Part shown: one piece after another, positions 28,232-37,901 of the stretch
Layout of the letters: every line of letters begins with the position of its first letter
Numbering within the stretch: position 1 is the first letter of the stretch
NCBI GenBank assembly: GCA_005788035.1
Contig: SXZI01000171.1
Location: 1-50,113, forward strand
Length of the DNA: 50,113 bases
Reading direction: 5' to 3'
Source: Bacteroidota bacterium
GTDB lineage: Bacteria; Bacteroidota; Ignavibacteria; Kapaibacteriales; UBA961
Program-made: the position numbers and the translations under genes
Notes under the pieces: generated by a model
The model's database searches: none
The model's input: the letters and a program-made list of their open reading frames with translations, nothing else
Told to the model about the DNA's origin: nothing

Positions 28232-29973
28232 TTCTGTTTCCCTTGATGTATTTCGTCCGCTGCCAATAACTCTTTGGCAGTGTTCAATGATGTTTGCGTG
28301 ATATGTTCTCCGCTTAGCAATGTGGCAATCTCGGTTATGCGTTCTTCATCTGATAGCATACGTGCATGTACACTCGTTGATTCATCACTGGTAGATTTCT
28401 GAACCAAAATATGATGATGTGCAAGTGAGGCAATTTGCGGAGAATGACTTATTGCTATTATTTGTTTATTCTGTCCAAGATCTTGCATGACCCCTCCAAC
28501 TTTCCGAGCGATTTTCCCACTGATGCCTGTATCAATCTCATCAAATACCATTGAGGGAATACCTGTTTTTTGATTGATGAGTGATTTCAGTGATAGCATG
28601 ATTCGTGATATTTCTCCACCCGAAGCAGCTTTAATCAATGGTTTCAATTCTTCACCGGTGTTTAATGAGATTAAAAATTCAATTGTGTCTATCCCGGTTT
28701 GATGAGCCACATACATTGTATTGTCAATTATGGCGATATGTTCGTGATGTTCTAAAGAATCCACAACAATTTGATGGCACTTTATGATAAATGTGGGATT
28801 CTCAATGCCCATGGATTTCAGCATGCGTTCTATATGCTGCTGTGTCGATTTGATGACAGCAGTTCTTTTCTTGGATATGATGCGTGCTTTTTCGCCAAGT
28901 AAAATTCTGGATTGTTTGAGTTGGTCTGCAAGACGTGATATCTCTCCGTCAATATCCACTGATAGGGTGGCTTCAAGGCGTAACTCTTGCCAAACTTCAA
29001 ACACATGTTCCATCGAGCCATACTTTTTCTTTAGCCATATGAGCTTTGCTATCCTTTCTTGTATGATGTCGGGGTCAATTCGTGATTCTTGGGATTCTTT
29101 GGCTTGTATAACGCGAAATATTTCATCCATAGATGCTTGAGCTGATGCTAACTCTTGAAGCATCTCACTATAATCAGGGTCAATGGAAGCCAGATCAGTG
29201 AGCGCGGTTCTGAGTTTCCCCAATAAAATCATCAATGATGATTGATCATCCGAAAAAATATCGTGAATGTAGTGAATCTTATCTTGAATATATACTGAGT
29301 GCTTGATTTTGGAAAATTCGGTCTCTAATTCCTGCAGTTCATTGATTTTTGGATTGATTTGTTCAATTTCATTCAAAGAAAACGCAACCTGTTCTTTGTT
29401 TCGAACTATGTCTTCTTTTCTTGCCCTGAGATTATTGTATTGTTCATATAAATTCCTAGTTGCTTGCCACTGTGTGAAATACGCTTTTTGCTCCTTCTCG
29501 ATATCGGCCACATCATCAAGCAATGAGAGATGAGATTCTACTTTAAGAAGTGATTGATGATCATGCTGTCCGTGAAAATCAATGAGAACTTCACCGAGCA
29601 GTCTTGCCATGGAAGCTGTGGCAGGGGAATCATTGATGAAAGATCGATTGACTCCTTTTGCAGTGAACTCTCTTCGGATAATAATCGTGTGCTCAGTCGC
29701 ATCATGGATTGGCTCGATATATCCCTCTATAATAAGCTCTTCGGGTAATGTTAATCTCGTGCTAACTTTGAAAACCGCCTCAACAAACCCTTTATCTGTT
29801 CCTTTTTTAACGATGTCACCCTGGCTTCTCTCGCCTAAAGCACAAAGCAATGCATCTATGAATATAGACTTTCCCGCACCCGTTTCCCCCGTAATAACGG
29901 TAAAACCGGGTTCAAACTCCAAATCTGCAGATTCAATGAGTATAAAATTCCGTATGGATAAAGAGGAAAGCAT
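28228..29973 (-). CDS. recN: DNA repair protein RecN
   Basis: ITGETGAGKS, HGQHD, ASGGE.SRIML, FDEID.GISG, SH.PQIA; coiled-coil middle. Confidence 0.97.
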   Translation of the reverse strand: MLSSLSIRNFILIESADLEFEPGFTVITGETGAGKSIFIDALLCALGERSQGDIVKKGTDKGFVEAVFKVSTRLTLPEELIIEGYIEPIHDATEHTIIIRREFTAKGVNRSFINDSPATASMARLLGEVLIDFHGQHDHQSLLKVESHLSLLDDVADIEKEQKAYFTQWQATRNLYEQYNNLRARKEDIVRNKEQVAFSLNEIEQINPKINELQELETEFSKIKHSVYIQDKIHYIHDIFSDDQSSLMILLGKLRTALTDLASIDPDYSEMLQELASAQASMDEIFRVIQAKESQESRIDPDIIQERIAKLIWLKKKYGSMEHVFEVWQELRLEATLSVDIDGEISRLADQLKQSRILLGEKARIISKKRTAVIKSTQQHIERMLKSMGIENPTFIIKCHQIVVDSLEHHEHIAIIDNTMYVAHQTGIDTIEFLISLNTGEELKPLIKAASGGEISRIMLSLKSLINQKTGIPSMVFDEIDTGISGKIARKVGGVMQDLGQNKQIIAISHSPQIASLAHHHILVQKSTSDESTSVHARMLSDEERITEIATLLSGEHITQTSLNTAKELLAADEIHQGKQK

Positions 29974-30079
29974 TTACAATTAGGGTAACTCAGATTGAAT
30001 ATGGCGATTCATATCAATAATTTACAAAATTCACTGCTTATTACATTTCAACTTTCACCAATCCAAGGACTATTTACCG

Positions 30080-30087
30080 TATTTTTG
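30080..30087 (+). promoter_or_regulatory. -7 promoter element TATTTTTG upstream of the UbiA/DprE1-like pair
   Basis: Exact TAnnTTTG match 37 nt before ATG 30125. Confidence 0.5.
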
Positions 30088-30124
30088 TGGATCTTTATAT
30101 GATTGGAACACTTCTCGATCAAAG

Positions 30125-31561
30125 ATGAGTCATTCTGCTATTCCATATTCACACCTCTATGTAGACCTCGATGGTACATTATTGAGGACAGACACCCTAT
30201 GGGAGCAAGTTCTATTGCTCTTCCGACGTCCTTGGCTATTGATAGGTGCTCTTTATGCCTTATTGAAAGGTAGAGGTTCGTTCAAAGCTTATTGTTTACG
30301 CAATGCAGGAATACCTGATATTGGATTATTGCCTTTGAATCAAGAAGTAATGGACATCATACATCTTCATAATGAGGCAGGAGTACCGGTTTTCTTGGCC
30401 ACTGCATCTTTGAGAGAAGTGGCTTGTGAGTTTAGTCGAATAATTCCAGGAATTGCTGGAATCATTGCCTCAACTCCCGAACTAAATGTAAAATCCGAAA
30501 ATAAAGCGCAGGCTATTCTTGAGCATGCGGAAGGCAAAGCATTTGGGTATATCGGAAATGACTCTTCAGATATCGCTGTATGGCGATATGCTAAAGGAGT
30601 ATTTTATGTGGGTTCTACTCCTTCAATTACAAAGACATTGCTCAAAGACCATGATACATTGACTATCATAGATGGTGGAAGCTACGCATCATTTTCATCA
30701 TACATCAGACAAATACGGCTCTATCAATGGATTAAAAACACTCTTGTATTCCTTCCTGCATTCTTGGCTCACACATTGCATGGTGAAAATGCCATTTTGC
30801 TTTCAGTCACATTTCTTGTTTTTGGTCTTATGGCTTCCTCGGTTTATGTGTTGAATGATCTGATCGATTTACAATCTGATAGAATACATCCAAATAAAAA
30901 GAAACGTCCTTTGGCATCCGGTGATATAGCTATTCCTATCGGTTTGGCGATGTATATTGGATTACTTGCATCTTCATTGGTGATTGGCTTTATCTTCCTA
31001 CATATGCATGTTATGTATGTACTCTTGGGTTATGCTTTGACAACAACATTTTACAGCATAATTGGCAAAAGGATTGCCATACTTGATGTGATGATACTTG
31101 CGGGTTTGTATACAATGAGACTCATTGCAGGAGCAGAAACTGTAAATGTCCCACTTAGTGAATGGTTTCTGGGTTTCTCCATGTTCTTTTTCGTGAGTTT
31201 GGCCTTTGTTAAACGATATGCTGAGATTCTCTCTAGGAAAGAATCGAGAATTTTAATTCCGGGAAGGGGGTATAGCACAGGTGATGGATTGATTTTATTG
31301 ATATCCGGACTAATATCTGCAATGTTATCAGTTCTTGTATTGGCATTGTATATAAACAGTGATGCCGTAATTCGGCTGTATGCACATCCACATTATTTGT
31401 GGGTGATATGTCCTGCCATCCTTGCATGGCTTCTTCAATTGTGGTTTCTTGCACATAGAGGGAAAATGCATGATGATCCAATTATAACTATGGCCAAAAC
31501 ACCAATGACATATATCGTGCTTTTCATCATTGTTTTCACAATATTGGCTGCCACGGTGTGA
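30125..31561 (+). CDS. HAD-like domain + UbiA-family polyprenyl-phosphate phosphoribosyltransferase-like fusion
   Basis: N-terminal VDLDGTL, ATAS, YIGND..D; C-terminal QWIKN, NDLIDL..DR.HP.K..RPLASG, KRYAE, DDP. Confidence 0.85.
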   Translation: MSHSAIPYSHLYVDLDGTLLRTDTLWEQVLLLFRRPWLLIGALYALLKGRGSFKAYCLRNAGIPDIGLLPLNQEVMDIIHLHNEAGVPVFLATASLREVACEFSRIIPGIAGIIASTPELNVKSENKAQAILEHAEGKAFGYIGNDSSDIAVWRYAKGVFYVGSTPSITKTLLKDHDTLTIIDGGSYASFSSYIRQIRLYQWIKNTLVFLPAFLAHTLHGENAILLSVTFLVFGLMASSVYVLNDLIDLQSDRIHPNKKKRPLASGDIAIPIGLAMYIGLLASSLVIGFIFLHMHVMYVLLGYALTTTFYSIIGKRIAILDVMILAGLYTMRLIAGAETVNVPLSEWFLGFSMFFFVSLAFVKRYAEILSRKESRILIPGRGYSTGDGLILLISGLISAMLSVLVLALYINSDAVIRLYAHPHYLWVICPAILAWLLQLWFLAHRGKMHDDPIITMAKTPMTYIVLFIIVFTILAATV

Positions 31562-32862
31562 TTATGATGAATTCATTCGGAAATTATCCTCATTCTCATC
31601 CCAATAGGGTATTCAGACCTGGATGGCAGGACGAAATTTTACCGATTCTTCAATCATCCTCGGAGATGATATTACCAATCGGGATGAGAAAAAGTTATGG
31701 TGATAGTTGCCTAATTAATGGTGGAAACATGATTGATCTAACTCACATGAGAAAGATCCACTCATTTGATCCACAAAAAGGAATTATTTGTGTAGAAGCA
31801 GGTATAACATTAAAAGAGATACTTGCCCTAATTATTCCAAATGGTTGGTTTTTACCCGTAAGTCCGGGTACACAGTATATCACTATAGGTGGTGCAATAG
31901 CAAATGACATTCATGGAAAAAATCATCATATAGCCGGATCTTTCGGCAATCATGTATTGAGAATCGGTTTGCAAAGATCGGACATGGATGATGTCATTAT
32001 ATGTTCAGAGGATGAATTTCAAGATTTGTTTAAGGCAACAATAGGGGGGCTGGGATTGACGGGAATTATTGTCTGGGCAGAATTTTCATTGACCAGAATC
32101 CCATCGGCAATGATGAAGACTAAGACAGAACGCTTCATGGGTTATGATGAATATTGTGCAATATCACAAAAGGAAGAAACATCAACATATAGTGTGTCTT
32201 GGTTTGACAGTGTTTCAAAAGGAAAGAAATTCATGAGAGGATTATTCAGTTCCGGTGAATTTATTGACCATCCTCATGAAGAGATCTCTAATACGGCATT
32301 GACCATTCCTATTTATGCCCCCGATATACTCTTGAATGAATTGTCAATCAAAGCATTCAATGCATTGTATTTTAGAAAAAATCTGCGATCTATTTCAGAG
32401 AACATACACCACTATGTACCGTATTTTTATCCACTTGATTCTGTCAATAATTGGAATAAACTCTATGGAAAACGTGGTTTCTTGCAATATCAATGTGTGA
32501 TTCCTCACAATAATGCTCGAGATTGCATCCAAGAGATCGTTCACTACATGCACCAAGAACAATTAGGCTCTTTCCTTGTGGTATTAAAATCATTTGGCAC
32601 CATTCCTTCTCGTGGTTTATTATCTTTTCCAATGCCAGGAATGACGCTGGCAATGGATTTTCCCATGCGGGGAATAAAGACGCTGCACATGCTTTCGCAA
32701 TTTGATGAGATAGTAGATCAGGCTGGAGGGAGAGTGTATCCTGCAAAAGATGCGAGGATGTCTGGAGAGCATTTTAGAACTTGGTATCCGGGTTATGAAA
32801 AGATGCTCACCATCAAAGACCCAATGATTGAATCCAGTTTTTGGAAAAGAGTGATGCAGTAA
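31558..32862 (+). CDS. DprE1-like FAD-linked oxidoreductase
   Basis: G..KSYGD, PVSPGT..ITIGGAIANDIHGKNHH, ATIGGLGLTG, YGKRGFLQYQ, GGRVY.AKD.R. Confidence 0.88.
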   Translation: MIMMNSFGNYPHSHPNRVFRPGWQDEILPILQSSSEMILPIGMRKSYGDSCLINGGNMIDLTHMRKIHSFDPQKGIICVEAGITLKEILALIIPNGWFLPVSPGTQYITIGGAIANDIHGKNHHIAGSFGNHVLRIGLQRSDMDDVIICSEDEFQDLFKATIGGLGLTGIIVWAEFSLTRIPSAMMKTKTERFMGYDEYCAISQKEETSTYSVSWFDSVSKGKKFMRGLFSSGEFIDHPHEEISNTALTIPIYAPDILLNELSIKAFNALYFRKNLRSISENIHHYVPYFYPLDSVNNWNKLYGKRGFLQYQCVIPHNNARDCIQEIVHYMHQEQLGSFLVVLKSFGTIPSRGLLSFPMPGMTLAMDFPMRGIKTLHMLSQFDEIVDQAGGRVYPAKDARMSGEHFRTWYPGYEKMLTIKDPMIESSFWKRVMQ

Positions 32863-35316
32863 TCATTCACTCTTTTTCTTAATAGTCTTTTTGGCTGTGG
32901 ACTTTTTTGTTGTTGATTTTTTAATCGTCTTCTTTGTTGCTGTAGTCTTTTTTTCTGCTGTCTTTTTCACGGCCTTTTCATCTTTTTTAGCAGATCCCTG
33001 TTTTGTTTTAGAAGGGTATTTTTCAAGAGTTTTTCCTTGATCCTTCGCTAGATCATGACATTGCTCCAAAGTCAATGAGCTTGGTTCAGTTCCTTTTGGA
33101 ATCTTCACATTGCTTTTACCATAGCTGATATAGGGACCAAATCTTCCATTGACAATCGTGATTTCGGATTGTTCTGGAAATTCTTTGATGAGTCTTGCCG
33201 CCAGCACTTCACGTTTTTGTATTATGCGCTCAATTGCTTGATCAAGTTCTATTGTGTAGGGGTCATCCTCAGGTTTCAAAGAGGTGAATACAGAGTTATG
33301 AACAATGTAAGGGCCGAATCTTCCGATACCTACTTTCACCTCTTTTTCTTCAAACAAACCCAGCGAACGGGGTAATTTGAATAAATCTAATGCTTCTTCA
33401 AGCGTAATTGTAGATATGGATTGGTGTTGCTTTAAGCTTGCAAATTTTGGTGCAATTTCTCCACCAGTTTCACCAATTTGGACAGCAGATCCAAAACGAG
33501 TCAAAGTAGCATAGACAGTCATGCCAGAAGTTGGATCAATGCCCAGTTCTCGAGCACTCGATGCTCGTTTCTGTGGCCCCGTCATGATTTTATTAACTTC
33601 GGTATGGAATGGGGTATAGAAATCTTCCAACATTTTATTCCATTCCAATTCGCCTCTGGCAATTTCATCAAACTGACTTTCAACATTAGCAGTGAAATTA
33701 TAGTCTATGATATTTCCAAAATTCTCTACGAGAAAATCATTGACAATCATGCCTATATCAGTAGGAAAGAGTTTTGACTTTTCTGCTCCATGATTTTCAG
33801 AAAGTGTTTCTTTTGTGATAGTTCCCTGTAATAAGGAAAGGGAAATATATTCTCTTTTTTTTCCATCACGATTGTCTTTTATGACATAATTTCTTTTCTG
33901 TATCGTTGAAATAGTTGGGGCATAAGTACTAGGTCTTCCAATACCTAATTCTTCAAGCTTCTTCACTAAACTTGCTTCAGTATAGCGTGCGGGAGGTTTC
34001 GAAAAGCGTTGGACTGCTTTGATGGATTCATTTCTTGGATGTTCGCCTTTTGTAAGTGCAGGCAATCTTTTTTCATCTTCTTGTTCAGTCTCTTCATCAT
34101 GTGATTCTGAATACACCGCAAGAAAACCATCAAATTTGATTACTTCTCCGGATGCTATGAATGTATGAGGAGAAGATGGATCTATTTCTATGGATGCTAT
34201 TGTCTTTTCAAGTTTTGCATCTGCCATTTGGGAAGCAATAGCTCTTTTACGAATCAAATCGTACAGTCTTGATTCATCTTTACCAATTGAAGGCATGGCA
34301 GCAAAGTCTGTTGGTCTTATGGCTTCATGGGCTTCTTGAGCATTACTTGATTTATTCTGATACTTCCTTGTCTGAACATAATCTTTTCCAAAAGAGCGTT
34401 CAATTTCTGAAGAACATAAGGAAATTGCATCATCAGATAAATTCACTGAATCAGTACGCATATATGTTATATGCCCCGCTTCATATAATATCTGAGCTAT
34501 GCGCATTGTTCTATCAATGGAGAATCCAAGTTTTCTGCTTGCTTCCTGCTGAAGGGTTGAAGTTGTAAATGGTGGAGAAGGAGATTTCTTACCAGGTTTG
34601 GTTTCGACATTGCTGATTAGGTATGATGCATTCGAGCAATGTTGTAGAAAATGTTCTGCTTCTTCTGCACTATCGAATTTTGTAGATAATTCGGCCTGGA
34701 ATTGGGCTTGGTCTTTTTCAGTCAGGAAAATCCCAGTAACCTTGAAAGAAGATTGTGCATTGAAATCTAGTATTTCTCGTTCACGTTCAACGATTAACCG
34801 CACCGCAACAGATTGCACTCTTCCGGCAGACAGGGATGGCCTTACCTTTCTCCAAAGAATTGGAGATAATTCAAATCCCACGAGACGATCCAATACTCTT
34901 CGTGCTTGCTGCGCATTCACTAGGTCATAATCTATTTCGCGAGGTTGTTCAATTGCTTTTAAGATTGCTTTTTTCGTGACTTCATGATAGACAAAACGCT
35001 TAGAATTAGCTGCATTTAATCCCAGTACATCGTATAAATGCCATGCAATTGCTTCACCTTCTCGATCTTCATCGGTGGCTAGCCAAACAGTTTCAACTTT
35101 TTTAGAAATCTTCTTCAACTCGGAAACAACCTGCTCTTTACCTTCGGAGATAATATATTCAGGTTTGAATCCATGTTGAACATCAATAGCACCATTGCCT
35201 TTTGCTAAATCGCGGATATGCCCCATGGAGGCTTTCACGACAAAGTCTTTTCCAAGATATCCTTCGATTGTCTTTGCTTTTGCAGGTGATTCAACTATGA
35301 CGAGGTGTTTTGCCAT
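32863..35316 (-). CDS. topA: DNA topoisomerase I with Lys-rich C-terminal tail
   Basis: IVESPAK, ATDEDREGE, SAGRVQS, ITYMRTDS, GIGRPSTY, GRFGPY repeats. Confidence 0.99.
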   Translation of the reverse strand: MAKHLVIVESPAKAKTIEGYLGKDFVVKASMGHIRDLAKGNGAIDVQHGFKPEYIISEGKEQVVSELKKISKKVETVWLATDEDREGEAIAWHLYDVLGLNAANSKRFVYHEVTKKAILKAIEQPREIDYDLVNAQQARRVLDRLVGFELSPILWRKVRPSLSAGRVQSVAVRLIVEREREILDFNAQSSFKVTGIFLTEKDQAQFQAELSTKFDSAEEAEHFLQHCSNASYLISNVETKPGKKSPSPPFTTSTLQQEASRKLGFSIDRTMRIAQILYEAGHITYMRTDSVNLSDDAISLCSSEIERSFGKDYVQTRKYQNKSSNAQEAHEAIRPTDFAAMPSIGKDESRLYDLIRKRAIASQMADAKLEKTIASIEIDPSSPHTFIASGEVIKFDGFLAVYSESHDEETEQEDEKRLPALTKGEHPRNESIKAVQRFSKPPARYTEASLVKKLEELGIGRPSTYAPTISTIQKRNYVIKDNRDGKKREYISLSLLQGTITKETLSENHGAEKSKLFPTDIGMIVNDFLVENFGNIIDYNFTANVESQFDEIARGELEWNKMLEDFYTPFHTEVNKIMTGPQKRASSARELGIDPTSGMTVYATLTRFGSAVQIGETGGEIAPKFASLKQHQSISTITLEEALDLFKLPRSLGLFEEKEVKVGIGRFGPYIVHNSVFTSLKPEDDPYTIELDQAIERIIQKREVLAARLIKEFPEQSEITIVNGRFGPYISYGKSNVKIPKGTEPSSLTLEQCHDLAKDQGKTLEKYPSKTKQGSAKKDEKAVKKTAEKKTTATKKTIKKSTTKKSTAKKTIKKKSE

Positions 35317-35324
35317 TGATGGTT

Positions 35325-35786
35325 CTATTTATTGTGTTCACAAGTGTTTATGTCTTTGCATACCCCAAAAATCTGCAAAGAATGCTTCATTGGTGTAAAC
35401 TCAAACTGATTGCACACATCTTGCTCAATGGCATGAAGTGTATCGACATTGAACTCAATGATATGCCCACATTCAACACAGATTAAGTGATCATGGTTCG
35501 GCTTACGTGCCGAAAGTTCAAAATGCGCGCTTTCTGATTGAAAGCGATGTTTCGTTAAAATACCGCACTTGGTTAATAAGTCCAAAGTGGAGTATATGGT
35601 TGCTCTGGAAATTCGAGCACCGGTAGAATGAATATGAAAGTATAATTCATCTGCACTGAAATGTCTGTCCAATGATGCAATATGTTCCAAAACAAGAAAA
35701 CGCTCCTGCGTATTTCTGTACATTTTCTGTTTAAGGAAGTCAGCAAAATCCTTCTTTAATTGTTCTATCGAAACCGGATTGGCCAT
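35325..35786 (-). CDS. fur: Fur family transcriptional regulator
   Basis: T.ER..VL, HFSADEL, ISRATIY.TL, HDHLICVECG.I.EF, HSLQIFG.C. Confidence 0.92.
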   Translation of the reverse strand: MANPVSIEQLKKDFADFLKQKMYRNTQERFLVLEHIASLDRHFSADELYFHIHSTGARISRATIYSTLDLLTKCGILTKHRFQSESAHFELSARKPNHDHLICVECGHIIEFNVDTLHAIEQDVCNQFEFTPMKHSLQIFGVCKDINTCEHNK

Positions 35787-35930
35787 ATTAGGGCAAAGAA
35801 ACGTTCAGAATGCCATTATACCTGAAATTTCATTCAGAGCCGGTCAATATACACATTTTTTATCATGGCCATCAAATGGCAATAGCTGTGTTTTTCCTCT
35901 GATTTAACGTGTTAATTGGTGAAACAAGCG

Positions 35931-35938
35931 TATTTTTG
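35931..35938 (+). promoter_or_regulatory. -7 promoter element TATTTTTG upstream of speA
   Basis: Exact TAnnTTTG match about 65 nt upstream of the inferred TTG start. Confidence 0.5.
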
Positions 35939-36002
35939 CCGATTGAAGGTTGTTTTTGAACTTAACCTTTTCGACGAAATTCTTGTCTTTGGAGTTACCT
36001 CA

Positions 36003-37901
36003 TTGAGAAAATGGCGCATAGAAGATGCTTTGGAAATGTACAATGTCAGTGGATGGGGCATTGATTATTTCGGAGTCAATGAACATGGAAATGTCACGGT
36101 TAGCCCACGTAGGAAGTCCGGTCCGGCCATAGATTTAAAGGAATTGATCCAAGAATTGACCTTGCGTGATGTTGCTCTGCCCGTGTTGTTACGATTCCCC
36201 GACATTTTGGATGATCGCATCGAGATGATATCATCATGCTTTAAGAATGCATCAACTGAATATGGTTACAGTGGTAGATATTACAGCGTTTATCCAATTA
36301 AGGTGAATCAACAAAGACCTGTCGTTGAAGAGTTGGTGCGTCAGGGAAAACGTTTTTCCATAGGGCTTGAAGCAGGTTCGAAACCTGAATTACATGCAGT
36401 TCTTGCAATCATGGACAATCCTGATGCATTGATCATTTGCAATGGCTATAAAGATGAAGATTTCATTGAACTGGCATTGCTAGCTCAGAAAATGGGAAAG
36501 AAGATTTTCATTGTGGTTGAAAAATTAAATGAGTTAAAGCTGATAAGATCTTTATCAAAACGCTTGAATGTAAAGCCAAACATCGGTATCCGCATAAAGC
36601 TTGCCGCTTCAGGATCTGGAAAATGGGAAGAATCCGGTGGTGATGGTTCTAAATTCGGTTTAAATGCAGGTGAATTGATAGAAGCAATTGATTATGCAGA
36701 AAAGGAAGGAATCAAAGACTGCATAAAACTCATCCATTTTCATCTCGGAAGTCAAATTACTAATATCAGAAAAATCAAGGCGGGTCTTCGAGAGGTGGCT
36801 CAATTTTTTGTGCAATTGCAAAAGATAGGTTGTGACATAGAATTTGTTGACATAGGAGGGGGTTTAGGAGTTGATTATGATGGCACTCGCTCATCAGCAG
36901 TGAACAGTATCAATTATTCCATTCAGGAATATGCAAATGATGCCATTTATACCCTGAAAGATGCTGCAGACAAGCATGGATTCAATCATCCAAATATTGT
37001 TACTGAATCGGGTAGGGCGCTCACTGCTCATCATTCCATTCTTGTATTCAATGTCCTGGAGAAATCCTCCATTCCAACAGTAGGCGGTAAAGACATTGAA
37101 ATTGAAGAATCCGATCATGAAATAGTGACAGAATTAAAAACTATACTCAAGCGATTGTCTGCCAGGACGATGATAGAGGCATGGCATGATGCGCAGCACA
37201 ATCGAGAGGAAGCATTGGACTTATTCAATCTTGGTTTATTGGATTTGCATACAAGAGCACAAGTTGAACAATTATTCTGGACAATCGCTGTAGAGGTTCG
37301 TGATCTTGCGGATGCAATGAAACAACCTCCGGAAGAAATGAAATATCTAAGCAAACTTCTTTCCGATAAGTATTTCTGTAATTTTTCGCTTTTCCAATCA
37401 TTACCGGATATGTGGGCCGTGGATCAGTTATTCCCGATCATGCCTATTCATCGTTTGCATGAAAAGCCGATGCGCGAAGGAACACTGCAAGACATAACAT
37501 GTGATTCAGATGGAAAAATTGATAAGTTCATCGGAACTCGTGATGCAATTCCCAATCTTCCATTGCATGAATTCAAAGAAAACGAACCGTATTATCTCGC
37601 TGTATTTTTAGTTGGAGCATATCAGGAAATTCTTGGGGATTTGCACAACTTATTTGGTGACACAAATGCTGTGCATGTTTCTATTGATGGAAAAGGGTAT
37701 AGCATTGATCAAGTCATAGATGGAGAATCTGTTGCAGATGTATTGGACTATGTTCAATTCTCTGCAAAAAAACTGGTTCGTACAATGGAAACGTGGGTGA
37801 GTAATTCAGTTAAAGACGGAAGAATAAGTGTTGCTGAAGGAAAAGAATTCCTGACAATTTATCGGTCAGGGCTTTATGGTTATACATATCTCGAAGAGTG
37901 A
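36003..37901 (+). CDS. speA: biosynthetic arginine decarboxylase
   Basis: YPIKVNQ, GLEAGSKPE, CNGYKD, HFHLGSQ, DIGGGLG, TCDSDG, GAYQEILG.LHNLFG; TTG start at 36003 after GGAG gives MRKWRIED. Confidence 0.97.
   Translation: MRKWRIEDALEMYNVSGWGIDYFGVNEHGNVTVSPRRKSGPAIDLKELIQELTLRDVALPVLLRFPDILDDRIEMISSCFKNASTEYGYSGRYYSVYPIKVNQQRPVVEELVRQGKRFSIGLEAGSKPELHAVLAIMDNPDALIICNGYKDEDFIELALLAQKMGKKIFIVVEKLNELKLIRSLSKRLNVKPNIGIRIKLAASGSGKWEESGGDGSKFGLNAGELIEAIDYAEKEGIKDCIKLIHFHLGSQITNIRKIKAGLREVAQFFVQLQKIGCDIEFVDIGGGLGVDYDGTRSSAVNSINYSIQEYANDAIYTLKDAADKHGFNHPNIVTESGRALTAHHSILVFNVLEKSSIPTVGGKDIEIEESDHEIVTELKTILKRLSARTMIEAWHDAQHNREEALDLFNLGLLDLHTRAQVEQLFWTIAVEVRDLADAMKQPPEEMKYLSKLLSDKYFCNFSLFQSLPDMWAVDQLFPIMPIHRLHEKPMREGTLQDITCDSDGKIDKFIGTRDAIPNLPLHEFKENEPYYLAVFLVGAYQEILGDLHNLFGDTNAVHVSIDGKGYSIDQVIDGESVADVLDYVQFSAKKLVRTMETWVSNSVKDGRISVAEGKEFLTIYRSGLYGYTYLEE

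Noticed and set aside
26848-29973. recN plus the HD gene as an SMC-type defence system or toxSAS/antitoxin module
   Set aside because: RecN is canonical, and there are no Wadjet/Lamassu partners or alarmone synthetase nearby.
35916-36002. ORF-track N-terminal extensions (speA; also DUF3109, pyrD, psd, nadD, HU, ispE, bcp, ctaA)
   Set aside because: They overlap promoters or neighbouring genes, and downstream starts match family N-termini or RBS positions better.
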